Virus record (IMG/VR): IMGVR_UViG_3300042868_003570
Coordinates: 1 to 61,990 of that record
DNA length: 61,990 nucleotides
From: a virus
Lineage: Duplodnaviria > Caudoviricetes
Direction: 5' to 3' (one strand)
Positions 55,453 to 61,990 of this stretch are shown one piece after another. Position numbers and translations under genes: made by a program. Within the stretch, counting starts at the first letter, position 1; each line of letters opens with the position of its first letter. The notes under the pieces were generated by a model that saw nothing but the letters and a program-made list of their open reading frames with translations, did no database searches and was not told where the DNA came from.

Positions 55453-55728
55453 ATGAGAGCGAGTCGCGGGATGGGGGACATCAACCCCTCCAAAATGCCC
55501 GGTGGAGTCAAGAAGGCTCGCAGGGACGACACCGACTTCACGCAGTACGCTGAAGGCGGCAAGGTCAACGCGGCTGGCAACTACACCAAGCCTGAGTTGC
55601 GCAAGCGCATCTTGTCGCAAGTCAAGGCCGCTGCCACACAAGGCACGGGCGCTGGGCAGTGGAGCGCGAGAAAAGCACAGCTTGTTGCCAAAAAGTACAA
55701 AGCCGCAGGGGGTTCTTACCGTGACTGA
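55453..55728 (+). CDS. Small basic protein
   Basis: NYTKPELRKR...GQWSARKAQLVAKKYKAAGG. Confidence 0.75.
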   Translation: MRASRGMGDINPSKMPGGVKKARRDDTDFTQYAEGGKVNAAGNYTKPELRKRILSQVKAAATQGTGAGQWSARKAQLVAKKYKAAGGSYRD

Positions 55729-56101
55729 TAGCGCAACACAAAAGCAAACTCAGCAGAGCAGAGAAGCCGACATAGCTAAGTTGGCGCTTGAGTTGAAGAA
55801 ACTCAATGAAGCGCACAAACAGGCGGGAGTTGAACGCCTGTCTAAGTCCGCCAGTAAAGCTGACCGTGAGTTGGCAGATTCGTGGAAAAAAAGTCTTTCC
55901 AGCGGCACAGCAACGATGATTCAGGACAAAGACGGCGCTGGGCGTCGGATTGGTCCAGATGGTCGCCCCATAGGCCCGGAACTTAAAAAAGTTGACGGCG
56001 AGTACAAAACTGAGACCAAGAAAAAAGGCGGCGTTGTATCTGCTTCCAAACGTGCAGACGGCATCGCCCAACGTGGCAAAACTCGCGGTCAAATGAGATG
56101 A
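55721..56101 (+). CDS. Protein ending in SKRADGIAQRGKTRGQMR
   Basis: GTG 55721 overlapping the upstream stop; C-terminus identical to that of the 56143 gene. Confidence 0.65.
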   Translation: MTDSATQKQTQQSREADIAKLALELKKLNEAHKQAGVERLSKSASKADRELADSWKKSLSSGTATMIQDKDGAGRRIGPDGRPIGPELKKVDGEYKTETKKKGGVVSASKRADGIAQRGKTRGQMR

Positions 56102-56142
56102 AAGCCACCCAAAGTGGCAGCAAAAACGGCGAGGTACAGATA

Positions 56143-56490
56143 ATGGCTAACGAAGAACTCTTGCCAGAAGGCGAAATGAGCAGCGGGGATGGAGCGCAGC
56201 TTAAAAAAGACATTGCCCGCATGGACAAATTCAACAAAGTTGCCTCCAAAAAAGGAGTCAATAATGTGCCCTTAAAGCTGCGCAAATACGCCCCGGTGTC
56301 GGGGGATTTATCAGACCCCAAGACTATGGCCGCGTATCAAGCCGGTGAGTACATGGCCGGTGCAGGCCGGGGTAAGCAGGGTGGCCCTACGGCCAAGGAA
56401 GTCCAAGGATATAAGGTGGGCGGTACGGTTGCGTCCAAACGCGCAGACGGCATTGCCCAGCGCGGCAAGACTCGCGGTCAAATGAGATGA
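56143..56490 (+). CDS. Protein ending in SKRADGIAQRGKTRGQMR
   Basis: GAGGT RBS before ATG 56143 (alternative start 56098). Confidence 0.7.
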   Translation: MANEELLPEGEMSSGDGAQLKKDIARMDKFNKVASKKGVNNVPLKLRKYAPVSGDLSDPKTMAAYQAGEYMAGAGRGKQGGPTAKEVQGYKVGGTVASKRADGIAQRGKTRGQMR

Positions 56491-56720
56491 AAGCCCCGCA
56501 GAAATCGCTCAAGGACTGGGGGGACCAGAAATGGCGCACCAAGTCCGGCAAACCGTCGAGTAAGACGGGGGAGCGGTATCTGCCCGAGGCAGCGATCAAG
56601 TCTTTGAGCCCTGCGGAGTACGCGGCTACCACAAAGGCCAAGCGGGCTGGGAAAGCCGCAGGCAAGCAGTTCGTGAAACAGCCCCCCAAAGTGGCCGCAA
56701 AAACGGCGAGGTACAGATAA
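56487..56720 (+). CDS. Small basic protein (DUF5872-like)
   Basis: QKSLKDWGDQKWRTKSGK...TGERYLP...GKQFVKQP. Confidence 0.75.
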   Translation: MKAPQKSLKDWGDQKWRTKSGKPSSKTGERYLPEAAIKSLSPAEYAATTKAKRAGKAAGKQFVKQPPKVAAKTARYR

Positions 56721-57586
56721 TGGCAAACGGCGCAGGCACCCCAGCGGCAACACCCAACCCTTTTGGGCCGCAACAGCAACCCCCATCAACTCCTATGGGC
56801 GGCGGCGCTTCGCCGTTGAACACTGGCGGCGGCATGGGCGGTCAGAACCAAATGGTTGGCACTATGGGCGGCTTTGGCGGCAACCTCGGAACTGCAGGGA
56901 CTCTGGGCGGTCAGCAGAACACCATTGGGACTATGGGCGGCTTTGGTGGCAACCTTGGAACTGCTGGAACTTTGGGCGGGCAGCAGAACAACGTCCCCCA
57001 GTTTGCGCAGAACTACTTGCAAAATCAACAGCCCGCGCTGACCATGATGCCGCAGAATCAGGGACCGTACACAGGGCCTACTGACCCATCGGCGGTGCTT
57101 AATCGGGCGGGCAACATGGGCGGCTTTTTTCAACAGCAGCAGATGGGGCTGCAGCCGCAACAGCAGCAACAGCAACCTCTGCAGCCCCCGCAACAAGTTG
57201 CGCAACCGATACCGCTGCCCCAGCAACAGCCAGACATGTCCACCGCTATTGGTCAGCTCAAGGGGGGCGATCAGTTTGCCGCACAGAACACGATGCGGCA
57301 GCTCGTTGGCTTACCACCGCTGCAGGCCCCGGCCTACAACGCGAACCCCACAATGTCTGACGTTCAGCAGTTGCTGCAGTCGGGCGACAAAGCCAGTGCG
57401 CAAGAGATGATGCAGCGTATGGTGGGCCTGCCTGCCACGGGAGTGCCAAATCAAAGAACGAGCCCAGCCCCAGCAGTCCCACAAGGGATTCAGCGTTTGA
57501 TGCAAGCTCGCCCAACGCTCCCCACAAACGCCATGCAGGGGGCTCGCGTTCCCCCACAGTTTCGTAGGTCTTTTGGACGCAGGTAA
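56720..57586 (+). CDS. Low-complexity Q/G/P/M-rich protein
   Basis: GAGGT RBS; 69-bp internal duplication. Confidence 0.65.
   Translation: MANGAGTPAATPNPFGPQQQPPSTPMGGGASPLNTGGGMGGQNQMVGTMGGFGGNLGTAGTLGGQQNTIGTMGGFGGNLGTAGTLGGQQNNVPQFAQNYLQNQQPALTMMPQNQGPYTGPTDPSAVLNRAGNMGGFFQQQQMGLQPQQQQQQPLQPPQQVAQPIPLPQQQPDMSTAIGQLKGGDQFAAQNTMRQLVGLPPLQAPAYNANPTMSDVQQLLQSGDKASAQEMMQRMVGLPATGVPNQRTSPAPAVPQGIQRLMQARPTLPTNAMQGARVPPQFRRSFGRR
56858..56989 (+). repeat. 69-bp tandem duplication (GTMGGFGGNLGTAGTLGGQQN)
   Basis: Copies start at 56858 and 56927. Confidence 0.85.
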
Positions 57587-57592
57587 AAAACA

Positions 57593-58537
57593 ATGGCCAC
57601 CACATCTGGAGCAGCCGGTTTCAACCTCGATCTGACTGAGATCGTCGAGGAGGCGTTCGAGCGCGTGGGCTCAGAGATGCGCACGGGGTACGACCTCAGA
57701 ACAGCGCGTCGCTCCATGAACTTGATGTTTGCCGACTGGGCCAATCGCGGCATCAACATGTGGACCTTCGAGCAGGGCACGATCCCGCTGGTCCAAGGCA
57801 TAAACACATACGCGCTGCCCACCGACACGGTGGACCTGCTCGATCATGTGATCCGCACCCAACCCAACCAGCAGTCCAATCAGGCCGACCTGACCATCAC
57901 GCGTATTAGTGTTTCTACCTACGCCACGATCCCCAACAAGCTAACGCAGGCCCGGCCAATCCAGCTCTGGGTGCAGCGGTTGGATGGCCAAGTCTCCCCC
58001 ACGGGTTACACATTTCAAAGTGCTGACACTGGTGCTCAGACCATCACGCTGTCTTCTACGGCCAACCTGCCCACGTTGGGCTACCTGAACATCGGCACTG
58101 AGACCATCTACTACGGCTGGATCAACAGCGCAACGCAGCTCGGTGGGGTGTTCCGTGCGCAAAATGGCACCAGCCAGACTACCCCCACCGTGGGCACTGC
58201 GGTCTACATCAACAACACGCCTCGGGTCACAGTGTGGCCCACGCCGGACCAGGGCACCGTGGGCAACCCCACATACCAGTTCGTGTACTGGCGTATGCGC
58301 CGTGTGCAGGACGCAGGAGGCGGCGTCAACGTCATGGATGTGCCGTTCCGGTTTATCCCCTGCATGGTGGCAGGGCTGTCGTACTACATGGCGCTCAAGG
58401 TGCCAGGGGCGATGGAGCGGTTGCCGATCCTCAAACAGCAGTATGACGAGGCTTGGGACTTGGCCTCGCAGGAAGACCATGAGAAGGCAGCAGTGCGGTT
58501 TGTGCCGCGCAGACAGTACATCGCCGGGGGGTTCTAA
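57593..58537 (+). CDS. Head-tail adaptor-like protein
   Basis: ARRSMNLMFADWANRGIN, WPTPD, DVPFRFIPCMVAGLSYY. Confidence 0.7.
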   Translation: MATTSGAAGFNLDLTEIVEEAFERVGSEMRTGYDLRTARRSMNLMFADWANRGINMWTFEQGTIPLVQGINTYALPTDTVDLLDHVIRTQPNQQSNQADLTITRISVSTYATIPNKLTQARPIQLWVQRLDGQVSPTGYTFQSADTGAQTITLSSTANLPTLGYLNIGTETIYYGWINSATQLGGVFRAQNGTSQTTPTVGTAVYINNTPRVTVWPTPDQGTVGNPTYQFVYWRMRRVQDAGGGVNVMDVPFRFIPCMVAGLSYYMALKVPGAMERLPILKQQYDEAWDLASQEDHEKAAVRFVPRRQYIAGGF

Positions 58538-58965
58538 TGCCCAATCGTTTTTCGTCTGGCAAGTTTGCGATTGCGCAGTGTGATCGCTGCGGCTTTCGGT
58601 TCAAGCTCAAGGAGCTGAAGACCTACACGCTCAAGACCAAAAACGTGAACATGCTGGTGTGCACCGTTTGCTGGGACCCCGACCATCCGCAGTTGCAGCT
58701 TGGCATGTATCCGGTGGAAGACCCACAGGCTGTGCGCAACCCAAGGCCCGACACAACGTACCAACTGGGCGGTAACAGCGGGCTGCAGATTGCACCGAAC
58801 AGCGGCACAGACCCAGACGAGGACGGCACGGCTACAGGCGGTAGCCGGGTGTTTCAGTGGGGGTGGAGCCCAGTGGGGGGATCGAGCTTCTTTGACGCGG
58901 CGCTCACCCCAAATAATTTGGTTTTGACCGTGAACCTTGGTACAGTAACAATTGCAACGACATAA
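58537..58965 (+). CDS. Zn-ribbon protein
   Basis: CDRCG...VCTVC..PDHPQL...DPQAVRNPRPD. Confidence 0.7.
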   Translation: MPNRFSSGKFAIAQCDRCGFRFKLKELKTYTLKTKNVNMLVCTVCWDPDHPQLQLGMYPVEDPQAVRNPRPDTTYQLGGNSGLQIAPNSGTDPDEDGTATGGSRVFQWGWSPVGGSSFFDAALTPNNLVLTVNLGTVTIATT

Positions 58966-58975
58966 GGAGTCGATC

Positions 58976-59143
58976 ATGATGGACGCAAAAAAAGCAGTAC
59001 ATACGCACGAGAAAGCACTGCACCCCGGCAAGCCCCTGACCAAAATGAAGGCTGGCGGCAAAACCAACAGCGACATGCTGAAGATGGGTCGCAATCTGGC
59101 CAAGGTGGCAAATCAAAAGTCGCCCGGTCGCAAAGGAGCTTGA
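58976..59143 (+). CDS. Small basic protein
   Basis: AAGGAG RBS; MKAGG motif. Confidence 0.65.
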   Translation: MMDAKKAVHTHEKALHPGKPLTKMKAGGKTNSDMLKMGRNLAKVANQKSPGRKGA

Positions 59144-59144
59144 T

Positions 59145-59345
59145 ATGGCCACGTACAAACAACCTACAAAAGTAGCGTCGGTTGTGGTGGGCGAGGAGCC
59201 CGCTAAGACAACCATGCGTAAAGCCAATGTGGCTGTGGCCAACACCCGCAGTCAAGACTACCCGCCCATGAAGACCAGCGGCATCAAAATCCGTGGTACG
59301 GGTTGTGCGACCAAAGGCGTGACGGCTAGAGGCCCGATGGCATGA
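59145..59345 (+). CDS. Small basic protein
   Basis: AAGGAG RBS; RGTGCATKG. Confidence 0.65.
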   Translation: MATYKQPTKVASVVVGEEPAKTTMRKANVAVANTRSQDYPPMKTSGIKIRGTGCATKGVTARGPMA

Positions 59346-60019
59346 ACTACGCCGCGTTGTCTGCTGCGATTCAGGATTACACCCAGAACTACGAGCAAGA
59401 GTTCGTGGCGAATATCCCTGTCTTCGTCAAACAGGCGGAGCAGCGCATCTACAACACGGTCCAGTTCCCATCACTGCGCAAAAACGTCACGGGCAATTTC
59501 ACACCCAACAACAAGTATCTGTCGTGCCCGGATGACTTTTTGTCGGTGTACTCAATTGCGGTGGTTGATACCACAGGCGCGTACGAGTACCTGCTCAACA
59601 AGGATGTGAACTTCATCCGGCAGGCGTACCCCACGCCAACAGATACGGGTACCCCCAAGTACTACGCGCTGTTTGGCCCCACATTCAGTGCTAGCACGGA
59701 GCTGTCGTTTATTTTGGGGCCAACCCCGGACCTCAACTACCAAGTTGAGCTGCACTACTTCTTCTATCCAGCATCAATTGTCACGGCCAACAATACATGG
59801 CTGGGTGACAACTTCGACACCGTGTTGCTCTACGGCTCGTTGGTGGAGGCGTACACCTTCATGAAGGGGGAGCAAGACATGATGGCGCTGTACGACGGCA
59901 AGTACAAAGAAGCGCTCATGCAGGCTAAACGTCTGGGCGATGGGCTGGAGCGCAGCGATGCGTACCGCAGCGGGCAGGCGCGTGTCGCGCCCCTGCCGCA
60001 GAATAACGGGGTGCAGTGA
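59342..60019 (+). CDS. Head-tail connector/adaptor protein
   Basis: FVKQAEQRI, GTPKYYA, GPTPD, LLYGSLVEA. Confidence 0.75.
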   Translation: MNYAALSAAIQDYTQNYEQEFVANIPVFVKQAEQRIYNTVQFPSLRKNVTGNFTPNNKYLSCPDDFLSVYSIAVVDTTGAYEYLLNKDVNFIRQAYPTPTDTGTPKYYALFGPTFSASTELSFILGPTPDLNYQVELHYFFYPASIVTANNTWLGDNFDTVLLYGSLVEAYTFMKGEQDMMALYDGKYKEALMQAKRLGDGLERSDAYRSGQARVAPLPQNNGVQ

Positions 60020-60441
60020 TGGCCTTTACCGGCAACTACTCCTGCAACACGCTGCGCTCGGGCCTTGTCAACGGCACGATCAACTTCGCCACGGACACGT
60101 TCTACTTGGCGCTGTACACCAACTCGGCAACGCTGGACTCGACAACCACCGAGTACACGACACTTGGCGAGGCCACGGGCGGTAACTACAGCCCCACGGG
60201 CCTGCCCGTCACGGCAACGATCTCCAGCGCGGTTGTGGGTGCAGGCAGCACTACATACGTCAGCTTCTCATCTCCCGCATGGACGGGCGTTATCACGGCT
60301 CGTGGGGCGCTGATCTACACGCCCGGTGCCAATGGGGCTGTCTGCGTGCTGGACTTCGGCTCCGACAAGACCTCGGCCAACACTTTCACTGTGCAGATGC
60401 CTGCAAACACCAGCACATCCGCACTCATCCGTCTCGTTTAA
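60019..60441 (+). CDS. Tail structural protein
   Basis: FYLALYT, TARGALIY, VLDFGSDKT. Confidence 0.75.
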   Translation: MAFTGNYSCNTLRSGLVNGTINFATDTFYLALYTNSATLDSTTTEYTTLGEATGGNYSPTGLPVTATISSAVVGAGSTTYVSFSSPAWTGVITARGALIYTPGANGAVCVLDFGSDKTSANTFTVQMPANTSTSALIRLV

Positions 60442-60450
60442 GGAGCAACC

Positions 60451-61035
60451 ATGTTGAACGACAAAGCAAAATCCACGGACACCGCTATCGCTGCCGCATC
60501 CGTTGGTGCAACCCCTCAAGCCGCTGCCAAAGCAGGTGGCGTGTTCCATGTTCAGTGCCATGACGCTCAGGGCAACCTGAAGTGGGAAGTCGAGGAGCAC
60601 AACCTCGTGGTCAATGTCGGCTTGCAAGACATGAACACCAAGTACTTCTCGGGCTCTAGCTACACGGCAACGTGGTATCTGGGTTTGTATGGTGCCTCGG
60701 GAACTAACAACCCCGCTGCTGGTGACACGATGGCTTCGCACGCTGGCTGGACTGAGGTTACAGATTACAGCCAAGCAACTCGCCCGCAGGCGGTGTTTGG
60801 CACGGCCACCACGGCTGACCCCTCAGTAATTAGCAACTCGGGCTCCCCGGCTGTGTACACCATCAACGCAACCACAACTGTGGGCGGGGCGTTCCTGACC
60901 AGCAGCAACGTTAAGGTGCCCGGCAACACGGGCACGTTGTTTTCGGCGGTGGACTTCTCAGCTCCTGGGGATCGCGCCGTTGTTGCCAACGACACGGTCA
61001 CAGTGACCTATACCTTCAGCCTTGACGCAGCATAA
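60451..61035 (+). CDS. Tail structural protein
   Basis: HNLVVNVG, WYLGL, GTLFSA. Confidence 0.75.
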   Translation: MLNDKAKSTDTAIAAASVGATPQAAAKAGGVFHVQCHDAQGNLKWEVEEHNLVVNVGLQDMNTKYFSGSSYTATWYLGLYGASGTNNPAAGDTMASHAGWTEVTDYSQATRPQAVFGTATTADPSVISNSGSPAVYTINATTTVGGAFLTSSNVKVPGNTGTLFSAVDFSAPGDRAVVANDTVTVTYTFSLDAA

Positions 61036-61046
61036 GGAGCCACATC

Positions 61047-61229
61047 ATGGCAACGATGTTTAAAAAAGGTGATGTGGTCAAGGTCAACACCGTGGTCCCA
61101 CACGGCCCGGTCAAGGCTTTGCGCATGGACGAGGATGGCAATGTGTATTGCCTGATTGAGTGGACTGATGTGAACGGTTCAACGCAAGAACGCTGGATTG
61201 ATGAGTCACTGCTGACTTCTGGAGATTGA
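61047..61229 (+). CDS. Small SH3-like (YodC/DUF2158-like) protein
   Basis: FKKGDVVKV...W...E..L. Confidence 0.6.
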   Translation: MATMFKKGDVVKVNTVVPHGPVKALRMDEDGNVYCLIEWTDVNGSTQERWIDESLLTSGD

Positions 61230-61230
61230 T

Positions 61231-61990
61231 ATGGCATTAGTACTGGCGGATCGCGTACGGGAGACTACAACCACCACAGGCACGGGAACAATCTCGCTGG
61301 GTGGCCCGGTTTCGGGCTTCCAGGGCTTCAGCACGGCCATTGGCAACGCAAACACCACGTACTACACGATTGCTGACGCCGCCACGGGCGCGTGGGAGGT
61401 GGGCCTTGGCACGTACACATCTTCGGGCAGCACACTGGCCCGCACGACCATCCTGTCGTCCAGCAACGCTGGGGCAGCGGTTAACTTCGCCGCAGGCACA
61501 AAAGATGTGTTTGTCACCCAGCCCGCAGAAAGGGCTCTTTACCTGAATGGCGCAGGCACAGGTGTTGACGCCGGGGCGGCAGCGTTTACAGCCAACGGTG
61601 TTGTGTACGCAAGCTCTACAAGTGCGTTGGCTACTGGCTCTGCGCTGACGTTTGATGGGACGAATTTGGGTGTTGGCGGCACTGCTACTGCACTTAGCAC
61701 TTATCGTGGTGCAGAGTTTGCAGGAACAAGCACAACAACTGGCGGCTTCTTGAGAATGCGAAGCAGCAATTCAAGCGTAAACAGCCTTGATTTTTTGGAT
61801 GAAAATGGTAGAGGTATTTTTACAACTACAAATCACCCAATCCGTCTTGGTGTAAACGACACAGAACAAGCCCGCCTTACCGCTGATGGTCTAGAAATCA
61901 AGCAATCCCAACTGATCGGATATTCCTCCTACGCAGGCATCGGCACAAACGGCTTGGCTGTTGCTGGTAATGTGGGGATTGGGACTGCTT
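61231..61990 (+). CDS. Tail fibre N-terminal part; 3'-truncated by window edge
   Basis: MALVLADRVRETTTTTGTGT, WEVGLGTY, TLARTTILSSSN, GTKDVFVT, GNVGIGT. Confidence 0.88.
   Translation, partial: MALVLADRVRETTTTTGTGTISLGGPVSGFQGFSTAIGNANTTYYTIADAATGAWEVGLGTYTSSGSTLARTTILSSSNAGAAVNFAAGTKDVFVTQPAERALYLNGAGTGVDAGAAAFTANGVVYASSTSALATGSALTFDGTNLGVGGTATALSTYRGAEFAGTSTTTGGFLRMRSSNSSVNSLDFLDENGRGIFTTTNHPIRLGVNDTEQARLTADGLEIKQSQLIGYSSYAGIGTNGLAVAGNVGIGTA

Noticed and set aside
1-61990. tRNA genes, integrase/att site, diversity-generating retroelement, stop-codon reassignment
   Set aside because: No cloverleaf, recombinase or reverse-transcriptase motifs seen, and genes are intact in the standard code. 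Visual inspection only.

Overview
The window is essentially a whole (about 62 kb) tailed dsDNA phage genome of podovirus-like organisation, opened inside a tail-fibre gene (61231..61990 and 1..668 are probably the two ends of one gene). The host is probably a proteobacterium (inferred from sigma70-type promoters, IHF-consensus sites and a moderately high GC content). Plus strand 44886-61990 and 1-23678 is the late arm: TerS/TerL, portal, GroES, scaffold, major capsid, HNH, small basic proteins, tail proteins, two tail fibres with S74 chaperones, holin, GH108 endolysin, nozzle, ejection proteins and a 3272-aa polyvalent protein. Minus strand 44404-23632 is the early/replication arm: many small genes, M28-like peptidase, VRR-NUC, Leu762 DNA polymerase A, PD-(D/E)XK nuclease, SNF2 helicase, SSB, HTH and primase-helicase. 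I saw no integrase, tRNA or CRISPR array. The most interesting signal is non-coding. A roughly 85-nt minus-strand transcription unit at about 44745-44828 has its own promoter and intrinsic terminator and sits back-to-back with the late promoter. It carries two segments complementary to the RBS plus start codon of many of the phage's own early/middle genes (two 16/16 matches), so it is a candidate trans-acting anti-Shine-Dalgarno sRNA for the early-to-late switch. Other non-coding structure includes five AGAGAGAWWTCTCTCT palindromes, three TGTC-N8-GACA operators, an 80-bp inverted repeat with IHF sites (origin-like), a double-pseudoknot 5' leader and a loop-E-containing intergenic RNA. A short [YFMK]-x-x-GG motif also recurs in many putative virion-internal proteins. 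All calls come from reading the sequence; no database search was run.
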